The position numbers and the translations under genes are program-made. DNA of 63,843 nt, counting the filler, from Phoronis australis (lineage: Eukaryota > Animalia > Phoronida): assembly GCA_002633005.1 (NCBI GenBank). It is 7 parts of 7 records of this genome, joined end to end, with 100 filler letters (N's around TTAATTAATTAA, not from the genome) between each part and the next. Parts side by side here need not be neighbours in the genome. Positions count along the whole stretch, not along the records: positions 18,378 to 39,716 come from NMRA01000308.1; 6 more parts are not named here. The stretch is one strand, 5' to 3'. Under the pieces are notes generated by a model. It was not told the DNA's origin, made no database searches, and worked only from the letters and a program-made list of their open reading frames with translations. This document shows, piece after piece, positions 25,463-37,603 of this stretch (positions are counted from its first letter, which is position 1; the number at the start of each line of letters is the position of its first letter).

Positions 25463-26225
25463 TTTGATTTTGTAGTACATACTTGACCTCTTTAGCTTTT
25501 CTAATTGTGATGATAAAAAACATTTTTGTCAAGGTTACTTAGATAAATTTAACCAAGCTTGGTCAAGCTTGATAGTGTGCCCTTTTATTTGATAATTTTC
25601 TCTAGGATTGATTTTTTTTCACCTTACTGACAATTGCTCGTTTAGCTTGGTAAAAACTACATTCATAATGTTAATTAGGTTTAGTTAAAAATCTTGTCTA
25701 AGCTTAATGTGTCATGTAAGTAGTGGGTGAGTTGAACCCCTGAATTCAGCCAAGTACGTTTATGTGTCCTTGTTGGAAACAATAAAAAGTAAGTGCAGAA
25801 TTTTTAGTTTAAATGCAAATTAAATGTTTCTCAATGTGCCTTCCTTTTTGATTTAAGGGGCTCTGAGCTGAGCTGCCTTTTTGACATTGGCTTATTTACA
25901 AAGTATTTGAATAATTTTTAATCAACTGTCAGATTACCTATTGAAATTTGTTGATATTGCATTCTATTTTTGTTATAGCCTTAAATAATAACTTGCCACA
26001 TCTGCTAAATAATGCCATACTCATAGATATGATGTCTATGGTCATAGTTATGGTGAGAATGACAATGTATCAACACAACTGTTTACAATATACCGTTGCC
26101 TATGCATCTTTATACTGGTAAAACAGCAAATTTGAACTTTCGATGTACTTGAAATTGAGAAAAACGGTCATCTATGCTGATGTAAGAAAACCAACAGACC
26201 AGGAACGGAAGTTGGAGCCCCTTAA

Positions 26226-27909
26226 AGGAGCATGCCACCCAAAAAAAAACCTAATTTGTATCAATTTAGATCGAGTAGTTCCACTCCATAACGACACATA
26301 CGGTTGCGTTACCTGACACCTCACGGCAGACGGTGTTGAAATTATCCAATGACGTCATCGGTTTCACACGCAGTCTGTTGAGCTGTTCACAACACGGGTT
26401 ATTGGTGTCAGCTTATCGCTTAAAGTCATCGTTTAACACCAATAAATCATCAGACTTCGGTGTAAAACCCTTAAAAATACACCGAGTTCTCATAAAAACG
26501 TTTTGTTCCATTTCGCTCTTACGGATTTATTGGTATTTGAACACACCGTAGCCTACAAAGTTCGGTAGGCCAATAAGGTCCGTAGCAGGAGTTTGGGGTG
26601 TGTTCGGAGATAATTTCGAAGCATTTTCCGTGAGATACAGACAGGAGAACGTAGATCTGTTTTGTTTAGACTCGTGATTTTTTGAGTTCTAAACACAAAA
26701 CGCTTGTTATCCAGGCCAGTGGCTCGGAGCCCGATCACGCTTGTCGCGGCCGGCCTGCGGGATCGGACTCGTTATCCCGGCCAGTGGCTCGGAAACTGAT
26801 CAGACATCACGAACATAAACCAGCCAAAGTCCAGTGGAAACTAAACTTCCAGTCAAGAAAATACTATCTAGTGAGCCAAAGTAATGTGCACGTGATTATG
26901 TTGGTGAATTAGCCACGAAACTGCAAATCTACTTACTCGGCGGGGGCCGCGGCGAATTCAGGTTCCGCTTTGGCCACAGCACCGTCAGGGCAGAAGTTGT
27001 ACATTGACAATCGTTATTTGAGTAATGTAAATGTAATTAAAGTTCCCCTAATACCTGGCCGTGGGATGGAAATCGAGTTGTTTCACAACAGTTTCTGCCA
27101 ACAAACACTAAATTAGTTCGAGCTCACACGGCCTCGGTGTCCCGTCAATTAGTTTTATTCTACCTAAAGCCGGTAACGCAGTGATTTATTTATTGCTGGC
27201 TTCTCAAATCATTTGCACTCACGAAAACTCCAAAGGCATTACAAATTACATCTCATGAGACAGACTTTGTTTCAGTTTTATATAAGTATTGGTGAGGGTG
27301 AGTATAATTCATTTTGAAACAGAACGCTCAGAAATAAACGCCAACACGGCAACTCGCAATCCCGACTTGGGACGAGCTAGAGCTCATCAGTCCCGACTTT
27401 GCAGGTGGATCGTTAAGTTTTACAGGCTATCAATTCTAACAGGAATACAGTGATGAAGAAATACTAGAGAGGCGCCGTGAACTAGCTCAGACAACGGAAC
27501 GTATGGAGTTATTTGGTAAGCCGGCATTCGTGAGGCACTGTCGACGTCTGCAGGCCACAGACACGGAGATGTTTCACGGCCTCATATTTGCTATTCACAG
27601 CGTACATTTCATTCTTCACTACCATGAGCTACTTCCTAAGCGTTTCGGACTCTCGAGGAAGTAAAACAAAAACATATACCCGCTTTTCTCGCAGCTGCTT
27701 AGTTCGGACAAGCGGGAACGATGCACCGCAACATAGCGGCTTTCACTCTGCATATGAACCACTGACGTCGCTAGCGTCGTTTCTCACCTTCCTCACAGGT
27801 TAACGCGACCCCTCTTGGCTAGGTAAGGTCGACCGTATGCGAGGCGATGTGATTATAGACCGATTAAGACGGCAAAAATACTAATTAGTAAATCGGGTGG
27901 CATTATCCT
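26226..27909 (+). mobile_element. Kolobok-type non-autonomous transposon, copy 1 (complete)
   Basis: TTAA TSD (26222-26225, 27910-27913); TIR AGGAGCATGCCACCC / GGGTGGCATTATCCT; decayed THAP stub on -, YQF(E)xEYSDEE stub on +. Confidence 0.9.
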
Positions 27910-28964
27910 TTAAACATAAAACGGACATTGTTCATGGAAACTATTCCATTTTCAACAGGATTTTAATTTTTAATTTAATTAGAGGTGGACTTTCAATAAC
28001 TCATGCAAATTTTACATTTTCGCCAGGAGTGTCTCTGTGCGACTGTAAGGGATAAGTGTTTTGCTCACCCTCACCTTTTGAACACTTATAATTGGCAAAG
28101 GTCATTTTTAAATACACTATAATTTGAATAATGTAATAACTTCAATTTCATGAGCGGTTTGGTGAAACTTGCTATAGGGAATAATCAAACTTGAAAGAGG
28201 AAGTGGTATGCTCCGTTATGATCAGAGTATATATTAATCCACCGATCCTTCGAGTTTGTTTATCCATCTTTGATTTTAATCAATTTAAAAATTGAAAGAT
28301 GTTTTCACTTATATCTGGGAACCAACTGGTTCCTAGCTTACATACATGACAGCGTTTTCCCGTTCAGTGACTTTACCAGACGAAGGGGGTGGTGAGCGTG
28401 TGATAACATCTATACAGCTTCTTTGTTAACTGCCAAGCACAGTCTTTTGTCTGTTATGACAACAGAAACGCCAGGCTTATTACAGACCATGTGTGAATTT
28501 CCTGTCAAACCCACAGTACATTCAGAAAGAATAGATTATCGTAACTTCGGTTGCAGTTCAGCGATTTTGGCGATTCAAAAACTAAACATGATCACCATTT
28601 GACGAGGATTTCAGAAATACTATTGATTTACGTTCAAATATGTTATAACTTAGCTTTTATTTTTGGCAGTACAGCCCAGTCAGGCTAGATACGATCTTAT
28701 TGAAGATTGGAGCAATTATCGAACAAAAGAGAGCTGGCCCTCCAACCATGAATGCCAGAATGGAGTTAATCAGTCGTGTAAGATATTGGCTACAGGGATA
28801 AACTTCCCAACTTGTTGTTGGGCTATAGAATCGAACTTAAGTTGGGGGCAACGGGAAAGCGCCGTAATCGGATTTGTCTGTACACTCACACAGACCACAT
28901 TACGCTTGCTCCGTCAGTCATGCCAGTTTGTTTGCGTAAAGAGCTACCTGTTGAGAACTTGACC

Positions 28965-29268
28965 AGCCAATCAGAAACGCCGGTGTAAAAAAATTCCCGA
29001 GGAAAATTAGTGATACCTGCGTGTTGGCTTCTGACCACCTAGCGGCACGCAGGGAACCAGCGAGCCTGCATTCTCAATTTGTGTCATGATGGGCAGTGTC
29101 TGAGAAAAGGGTCCGCTCACTTGCGAGTTTCCAGTTAGTCAATGTGACGTCACCGGAAAAGGGCAAAACCCGCCACATTGTTCTTGTTTTGCCCCGAGCA
29201 AGGAGTGTACACTCCTTGCACCTAGTCTTTGCTACACGCGAAATCTTACTGGAGTTCTTATGGTGAGT
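28965..29268 (+). promoter_or_regulatory. Candidate housekeeping-type promoter and first exon ending ATG|GTGAGT
   Basis: CCAAT box (~28968), CRE TGACGTCA directly followed by ETS-like CCGGAA (~29146-29158), CpG-rich; ATG 29260-29262 is directly followed by a consensus donor. Confidence 0.3.
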
Positions 29269-29424
29269 TTTACGCTTAAAACGTTAATACGAGTTATGGG
29301 ATGGTGAGATGGATCGTGGAATAACTGTGAAAGGCCGGGACGAGAAAATGTGAACTTGTTATATTGTGCGAAGCTGTGAACGGACTGAAATTGGAACTCG
29401 ACCTGGTCTAGGCCTGAATGCCGC

Positions 29425-29481
29425 TAGACAATGACCATCGCCTCTGCTGGTAGGGCCAGCAGAGGCGATGGTCATTGCCTA
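29425..29481. mobile_element. 57-bp hairpin mini-element, AcademH-like
   Basis: TAGACAATGACCATCGCCTCTGCTGG-TAGGG-CCAGCAGAGGCGATGGTCATTGCCTA flanked by GAATGCCGC/AAATGCCGC; same termini as 51534-52349. Confidence 0.85.
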
Positions 29482-30034
29482 AAATGCCGCAGGCATACTG
29501 GGGCGATAATAGATCCCCATACAATGTTACTCATTTTAAAATACAGCGAATAAAATCAATTGAAACATGCATATGTGAACATGAAGTTATGATTAGCACA
29601 TATACCCTGACTCTGAATAGGTCTACAATTAAGTCTACAAATAACTTGAACATATTCATAAAAACCTCGCGGTTCGCTCGAGTTTCTCTCAGCGGGCGCC
29701 ATTTTGAGGAAGTTACGTGATATAACGCCTGTTGACGTACAAGAACTCCAAGGGACACAAATCTTACAAATTACACTTGATATTTTCCCATGCTATTGTG
29801 CAAGTGTCACGCGCCAGGCCATGTCGCGCTTCGCTTAGTCTCGCGCTAGCCCTTGCCTCTTACTCGCCTGACTCGGTTGAAATACTTGTGGTTATCGCGC
29901 GCGCGTTCAAAGTTAACAGCAACCAAAAAGTGGAGTTGGAATTCTTCGCCAAAGTCACCTGAATTCCCCTGCCTCTCGGACGGCACAAGCACCTTTCCCC
30001 TAAGATGAACGCTTCCTCCTGAAGAAATATGTTA

Positions 30035-30750
30035 ACTATGCTTGCTCTGTCCAGTTAACTGAAATGGAGCTTTAAAACGAGGTTATGCTTTGGACGAACG
30101 AATTAGTTGTTTTAATTTTAAAATTCAGCTTGGTCAAAATTGATATTTGAAACCTAACACATGAAATAGACGTTAAGGATTATTAAAACTAAGAAAGCAG
30201 AACTGATGGTCAAATAATTTTTATTTTCAATTACAAGCCTGGTTTTTTATTTTAATAAAAATATATTTAATAACATCAATTAATCTTTCAGACAAATCAA
30301 CTGTTAGTCCCGGTAGTCCCTAACTCAAAAGGACCTAGGCTATCAGTGCTTGATCGTTAATATTTTTGTCAACAAATTAAACCAGATGTGACTAGTTGCA
30401 CATGACAGCAACATGCGATGAGCCACCACTGTTGAATATATGTTCAACTCATCAACAATACGAGCAGATGACCTGGTTCGTGTAGAAAGTATTTTTATCA
30501 ACAATTTACTGGAAGAAACATTCAGCATAATACCTAATCCGTAACACTACGACTGTCGTAATTTGGTCATATTTACTTTTCATGTTTCGAACCTAGTTTC
30601 CGAAAAAATATACCCTTTCGTAAGACAACTCTTTGGTGTATTGACTTGTTCTCTAATTATTTTTCTACATCTCTTTCGTTAATTATCGACACGTTTTTAA
30701 GATTTAATATCCAGGTTGGACTCAAAAGGCTCACGCAATGTCAACTTCCG
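30035..30750 (+). repeat. Locally duplicated block (paralog at ~32932-33805)
   Basis: Colinear similarity from AACTATG.TTGCT.TGTCCAGTTAACTGAAAT to CTCACGCAATGTCAACTTCCGCT; each copy is followed by a reverse Kolobok-type copy. Confidence 0.9.
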
Positions 30751-32231
30751 CTCTTGACTAAGTCGGGATTGGCGCCGGGCGAGTTGCCATGTATTCTGCG
30801 TTCTGTTTCAAAATGAATTATTCTCACCATAACCAATGCTTATATAAAACTGAAACAAAGTATGTCTTATTAGATACAATTTGTAATGCCTTTGCAGTAT
30901 TCGTGAGTGTAAATGTTGTGAAGCCAGCAATGAATAAACCATTGCGTTACCGGCTTTTGATGCCGGCAATGAATAAAGGTATATTGACTTGGCGCCGAGG
31001 CCATGTGAGCGCATGCTAATCCAGTGTTTGCTGACAGAAAACTGTTGTAAAACAATTACTCGATTTTATATCCTATGGTCACATGTTAAGGAAATCTTTA
31101 TTTAGAAATACAAATATATTATTCAAATCATTGTTAATGAACAAATTTGCCCTGACGGTCTGTGGAAGGGGAACCCGACTTCGCGGCCCCCGACAAGTAA
31201 GTGCCTAATTCACGTAAATAATTACTTGCACATTATTTCTTTGGCTCACTATTAGTAGTGGGGCGTAGGCGCATGTAGGCGCAGCCAACCACCTTTTGGC
31301 ATTTGAACGTAGCGCCTACGTAACGTAAGTTACGTTCAGTGCTCAAGGCGATACGGTTGGCTTTCGACCCCTACTTACCTCTGCTTTTATCACTACAGCA
31401 CTGACTATTATAGTCTTTTCGTGACTGGAGGTTTAGTTTCCAACTCAAGCTGGTTTATGTTCGTGCCAGTCCCGGCGGCCTCGATGGGCCTGATCGGGTT
31501 CCGAGCCACTCGCCGGTATAACAAGCGTTTCGTGTGTTTAGAACTCAAAAATCACAAGTCTAAACAACATAGGTTCTCTTGTCTGTATTTCAGGAGGTTT
31601 AGTTTCCAACTCAAGCTGGTTTATGTTCCTGCCAGTCCCGGCGGCTGCGACGAACCACTGGCCGGGATAACGAATCAGTCCGGCCGAGGCGCCGGGCCTA
31701 CTAGTGATCGGGTTCCGAGCCACTGGCCGGGATAACAAGCGTTCTTTGTGTTTAGAACTCAAAAAATCACAAGCATAAACAACACAGATCTAGGTTCTCC
31801 TGTCTGTATTTCACGGAAAAATACTTCGAATTTATCTCCGAACAGACCCCTAACTCCTGCTACGGACCTTGGTAAATTGGCCTGCCGCGGAACTTTGTAG
31901 GCTACGGTGTGTCCAAATAACAATAAATGCGTAACAGCAAAATAATACAACAGGTTTTTATAAGAACTACGTGTATTTTCAAGGTTTTTATATCGAAGTT
32001 TGGTGATTTATCGGTGTTAAACGATGAATTCAAGCGATAAGCTGACGCCACTAACCCGTGTTGTGAACTGCTGAACAGACTGCGTGTGAAACTAATCACC
32101 TCATTGGATAATTTCAACACCTCCGTATGCCGTCAGTTGTCAGGTAACGCAACCGAACGTGCCGTTATGAAGTAGAACTACTCGATCTAAATTGATACAA
32201 AATAGGTTGGTTTTTTGGGTGGCATTCTCCT
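30751..32231 (-). mobile_element. Kolobok-type element, copy 3 (reverse, THAP end deleted)
   Basis: Ends GGGTGGCATTCTCCT-TTAA (32232-32235); reverse complement of the copy 1 left part; ~165-bp internal duplication from ~31427; insertion at 31253-31403. Confidence 0.88.
31253..31403. mobile_element. ~150-bp insertion in Kolobok copy 3
   Basis: Absent from the paralogous site at ~34865 (CTCACTATTATAG); flanked by duplicated ACTAT(TA); internal GTAGGCGC/GCGCCTAC inverted motifs. Confidence 0.65.
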
Positions 32232-33630
32232 TTAATCGTTCCATATCCCAATTCACGCCGACAGGGGGCGCGTTCCAAAACGAGGCTCGCTACGATAGCT
32301 CTGTTACCTTATCGACATAGTTGTATTTCAGTACGCGTTGCTCCGCAAACGGCTAGAAAAAATACGGACACTCAACTGTCTGCTTTACAATCCCTAAAGA
32401 CGTTGAGATTTGGAAGCGTTGGGTCGTTGCCATACGCCGCGACGAAGCAAAATATGTCCGTGTAAAATTTATAAATGTTTTCGAAAAGTTAGATCATATT
32501 TTGTCGCATCTCGGTTGCTAAGAAGCATCATAGTAATTACGACCGGAGAATGGGTTAGCCAGAATGTGTTTTCATGACTACGGGTTGAAACATTATAATT
32601 TTTCTTTCCAATAAGGACAGGGCCCTCAATCCCTCGAATTTGGGGCCCAATATCGGCCTATTCTCCTCTCAAAAATATTGGAATATCACGCGAAATTCCC
32701 CCCAAAGTACGAGGCATAAAAATTCCCCCTGTAAACACACAGGTGACAATTTTTAAGATCACAAAAGGCTACTTTAAATTGAGACAGAGCCTATGAGAGC
32801 TTGCAACAGGGCGGGGGTGCTATTGACGGTGATCGGGAGGTAGATTGTTCTCCTCACTCGGCGAAAAATCGCTTCTCAGTAGGCACTGTCACCTTTCCCA
32901 TCGGATAAACGAGGCTCATGGATAAACATGATAACTATGATTGCTTTGTCCAGTTAACTGAAATTGAGTTCTAAAAGAGGTTATGCTTTGGACGAACGAA
33001 TTAGGTGTTTTAATTTTAAAATTCAACTTGGCTAAATTGATATTTGAAACCCGTAACACATGAAGTAGACGTAAGAATTATTACAACCAAGAAAGCAGAA
33101 TTGACGGTCAAATAATTTTTATTTTCAATTACGAGCCTGGTTTTTTATTTTAATTAAAACTATACTTAATAGCATCAATTATTCTTTCAGGTCAACGACA
33201 AATCCACTGTTAGTCCCAGTGAGTGCATAGGATCAGGCTATGCTTGATGTTAATATTCTTGATCAACAAATTAAACCAAGATGTGACTAATTGCACGTGA
33301 CAGCCACCACTGTCGAATATGTCTTCTACTCGTCAACAATACGAGCAGATGACCAGGTTCGCGTAGAAAGTATTTTGATCAACAATTTACAAGAAAAAAA
33401 CGTAACTCTGCATTCAGCATAATACCTGATCCGTAACACTGCGATCGCCGCAATTTGGTTATATTTACTTTTCATGTTTCGAACCTAGTTTTCCGAAAAA
33501 AAATTAAACCCATTCGTCAGACAACTCTTTGGTGCCTTAACTTGTTCTCTAATGTAATTTTCTACGTCTCTGTGGTTAATTGTCGACACATTATTAAAAT
33601 TTAATATCCAGGTTGGACTCGAAAGACCCG

Positions 33631-33771
33631 CCTCCCGTTCAGTAACATTAGGACCTCGCTAAAGAACAAGACTTCGCGAGATTACGTGAGATACTGCCGT
33701 GCATTTTAAATGAGAACATGTGACTTTGACTAGGTTTTAGCTAGGTCTTAGCGTGGGTTCTGAACGCACGC
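33631..33771 (+). mobile_element. MITE family A, copy 2
   Basis: Similar to 4168-4320; absent from the paralogous position near 30725. Confidence 0.85.
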
Positions 33772-33953
33772 CGGCTATTTAACTCACGCAATGTCAACTT
33801 CCGCTTTGTTTATCACAGTGAGCCTCGCTTTGGATTTTAATGCCCGCCGCGTTTCCGGGTCTATACGGTCGACCTCACCTTGCCGAGAGGTGTCGCGTTA
33901 ACCTGTGAGGAAGGTGAGAATCGACGCAGCGACGTCAGTGGTTCGTCTGCAGA

Positions 33954-34187
33954 GTGAATGCCGCTATATTGGGGTGCATCGTTCCCGCTTGTCCGAACTA
34001 TGAAGCTGCGAAGAAAGCAGGTATATCGTTTTTTCGACTTCCTACAAAGCCCGAAATGATTAGGAAGTGGCTAGCGGTAGTGAAGACTGAAAGGTACGCT
34101 GTTAATAGCAAGTATGAGGCCGCGAAACATCTCCGTGTCTGTGACCGGCATTTTGTCCGAGACAGTGATTTCTCTGACGAATTCTAG
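33954..34187 (+). pseudogene. THAP DNA-binding domain (N-terminus of a Kolobok-type transposase), truncated
   Basis: CIVPACPN..FFRLP..RKWL..RVCDRHF, the C2CH THAP signature with conserved P, W and F; start codon altered (ATA here, ATG in copies 1/2). Confidence 0.85.
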
Positions 34188-34192
34188 CTTAC

Positions 34193-34373
34193 CAAAAAAC
34201 TATCCATTCGTTCCGTTGTCTGTGCATGTTCACGGCGCCTCTCTAGTATTTCTTGATCAGTGTATTCCGGTTCAAACTGATAGCCTGTGAAACCTAACGA
34301 TCCGACCCGGGCGTGAAGTCTTTGTCGGACGAGCTCTTGACGAAGTCGGGATTGGCGCCGGGCGAGTTGCCAT
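34193..34373 (-). pseudogene. KolX / P2X7-ballast-like first-exon stub
   Basis: GFTGYQFEPEYTDQEILERRREHAQTTERMDSF-TG|GTAAG; YxFEP motif, ending in a split Trp codon at a donor site; frameshifted relative to the ATG at 34373. Confidence 0.55.
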
Positions 34374-35539
34374 GTAGACGTTTATTATTTTGCGTTCTGT
34401 TTCAAAATTGAATTTATTATCATTCTAACCAATGCTTATATGAAACTGAAACAAAGTCTGTCTTATTAGATACAATTTGTAATGCCTTGAAGTGCTCGTA
34501 TAAGTGCAAATGTTTTGAGAAGACCGCAATGAATAAACCGCTGCGTTATCCGGGCTGGCTTTTGATGGCGGCAACAAAGGTAATTGACAGGGCACCGAGG
34601 CCGTGTAAGCGCATGCTAATTCAGAGTTCGCTGACAGAAAGCTGTTGTGAAACAATTACTGGATTTTATATGCTGTGGTCACGTCTTAGGAGAATCTTTA
34701 TTTAGAAATACAAATACATTATTCAAATCATCGTTACTGTACAACCTTTGTCCTGACGGTCTGTGGAAGGGGAACCCACTTCGCGGCCACCGACAAGTAA
34801 GTAGATTTTCAGTTTCGTTGCTAATTCACATAAATATTTTACGTGCACATTATTTCTTTGGCTCACTATTATAGTCTTTTCGTTTCCAACACAAGCTGGT
34901 TTATGTTCCTGCCAGTCCCGGCGGCCGCGACGAGCCACTGGCCGGGAGAACGAATCAGTCCGGCCGAGGTGCCGGGCCTAGCGATCGGGTTCCGAGCCAC
35001 TGGCCGGGATAACAAGCGTTCTTTGTGTTTATAACTCAAAAAATCACAAGCATAAACTACACAGATCTAGGTTCTCCTGTCTGTTTTTCACGGAAGAATA
35101 CTTCGAATTTATCTCCGAACAGACCCCAAACTCCTGCTACGGACCTTGGTAAATTGACCTGCCGAACTTCGTAAGCTACGGTGTGTCCAAATCAGGGCCG
35201 TAGGAAGCGGGGGGGCCGGGGGGGCCGTGCCCCCCCAAAAATTTTCAGCGTAGAAGCTTTTGCAACATTGTATTTTGATTTGTATTACAGTTTTCTCAGA
35301 CTTATAACGAAATTGAAGAATCTGACTTAGCAGAAAAACACCATAAAAACGTGTGGATCAGGCAGCTTTTATTTCGCCAAAGAATCGTTTCCCAAGACTG
35401 CGGAACAAGACTTCAAGTTGATGTTTGGCGTCGTCGGCAAAGTGAAGACCTCACGTGTGTCCGGTAAGTGTTACATTATATCTAGCAGTAGCGCGTGCAG
35501 TTCTAAGCTTGAACTTTGGTGTTCAGTGCATTATTCGAC

Positions 35540-37060
35540 ATGTCGACCACAATGGAGGTAATTGAGTTTTCTAACGTTGTGGAGTTGTTTTTACTGTTCA
35601 TTGTGATTGTCGCATGCACGTTATAGCAGGAAACTGGAGTAAATTTCGATCAGTGGTCACAAATTCTGTATTTTACAGGGCCTTGGAGAACTCGTGGCGT
35701 CGATTGGATACGACTCGCAGAAAGCTGGAAGTCTATACGACACATACAGTAACCTTGTAACACAAGCTGTTGAACCCCCTCTTTCTACATCTAGTTTGTT
35801 GGAAAATGCTCTGATCGACGAGTTTGCAAAATGCATAATTCCCGAATCTCACCAGTCAACACACGAACCCATTCGCACATCTGGGGACGGCAACAGTTTA
35901 TTTCGAGCCGCTTCTCTTTGCATAACTGGTATAACTTTATATTTTTCGTAATAGATTTTTGACTTTTACTTTAGTCGATATTACATGGGCGGCGCAGCAT
36001 TTAGTGGGGAGCTATATTCCCTCAGCCCCCTATCAGGTACTTGTGCGCCGCCTACGCCCGCGGACGGTGCACCACTGAATTAAGGGGGGTGATAGCCTCT
36101 CAGCCCCCTATAGTGCGCCGCCCATGTATTAAGAATCGATTTTGGCTCGTAGTATTTGTTTTCTGATTGTGTTTTTGCTGAATGTAAACGAAAAATCACA
36201 CAGTCTATCTAGAAATGTAATGAATTACCCGTTGCTAAAATAGAAGTCATTAGCTATTATGGTAGAAAATGCCTGGGTAATGTGGCTTGTCCCTTTGAAA
36301 CAACTATCATCCCGTACTTTGTTCTGTGTATGAGCGCATTTTGGGCATTTGCCATAAAGTTGGGGACGTGAAATGGGAAAAAATCCATTGGCATTCACTA
36401 AAAGTGCCATTTCGGAAAGTCGAAATTATGTCTATAAACTCATTCCTGGAATAAGGCCCATTTACGAATTTCTTGTCATTACACAGAATTTCAAAACCTA
36501 TCTAAAGTATCGCATGGCCTTATTTTATAAAGGCAAGTAATCTCTTGATACAACCTTGCAGTTGGTTAATTTCTGTTTATAGGTGACGAATCCCTCCACG
36601 TGACATTAAGGCTGCTGACTGCAGCCGATCTCTTCATTCACTCTGACTTTTATGCAAGGCACCCACACGTTATTGCTGCTACTCAGAAAGAAAACTCTAT
36701 ATCTTCGGATTTTCTAACACTATTCACTGTGGTAATGTCTCAGGAGGACGGTCTTGGAGACACTGTAAACGATGATAATGAAGCAGCCATTGTAAGAGAG
36801 GCAAAGCATCTGTGCCACGATGGGAATTAGTGGAGTGGTCTCATGGCTGTCATGGGTCTGTCGTCTGTATTGAAAATGCCAGTAACAAGTGTATATCCCG
36901 ACGTAGGAAAAAGTGTTCACTCCCTTCATGGGGAGATCTTACCACGTGTATTAGGAAATGCTTCATGTAACAAATATGCGATTTTCTTGTGGTCTAAATC
37001 TTGACAACCGACTCGGCGCGATTTTTGAACCAAATCATGTCGTAGCAGTTAGAATAAAAA
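35540..37060 (+). pseudogene. Spliced Vertnin/OTU-like cysteine-protease-fold domain inside the hAT element
   Basis: Exons 35540-35557 (MSTTME|gt), 35679-35928 and 36583 onward have compatible phases (0, 1): PIRTSGDGNSLFRAASLCITG|DESLHVTLRLLTAADL..SDFY..WSGLMAVMGLSSVL..VTSVYP..FLWS..NLDNRLGAIFEPNHVV. Stop at 36828-36830 and a frameshift near 36995. Confidence 0.78.
35984..36126. mobile_element. 143-bp MITE in the intron of the hAT cargo gene
   Basis: TIR CATGGGCGGCGCA / TGCGCCGCCCATG; TATTA on both sides. Confidence 0.75.
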
Positions 37061-37603
37061 ACACACGCCCTGTACCTGAGTGTCAAATGAATATAAAAAA
37101 AGATTTTGCGACGATTCCCAGGAATGTTCAAGAGCAAAGAAGCAGCACGCTTCCAGTCACCAAAGGAAAATAGGTGCCTTCTTTAAGGTAAAATCCCTAC
37201 CTGTAACCAGTAACTCACTCACGCTCGAAACTCACTTAATAGAATAGGTGCCTTCTTTAAGGTAAAATCCCTACCTGTAACCAGTAACTCACTCACGCTC
37301 GAAACTCACTTAAACCTGGACGTGCTTCAGCTTGGAATATAAAAAAGTAACTCTGAAACGTCAAACACAGAACTATCGGACGTCCTGGAGTCCCACAGTA
37401 GCTGTCCTACGCAGTTACAAAACAGCACTTCTGAAGAAACCACATTGCACACAGAGCCACTTGTGGTGAACGCTGGGACTCACAAATCTGGTACTACGAA
37501 TTTAGAACCATCGAGCCAGTCACAGGAGCTTTAATGTAGCTCTTCATCACCAAGTGAAAACTCCCACACTCACCAAAACAGTTCTTCTCAGTCTGCTCAC
37601 ACC

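Larger units (their letters stand above)
33861..35193 (-). mobile_element. Kolobok-type element, copy 4 (reverse), cut by the hAT insertion
   Basis: Reverse complement of copies 1/2; homology stops at GTGTCCAAAT|CAGGGCCG (35193/35194). Confidence 0.88.

Noticed and set aside
18586-25532. Family of short similar ORFs (STVAPPSG..)
   Set aside because: Chance frames in HINE-like array subunits, broken by stops and indels between copies.
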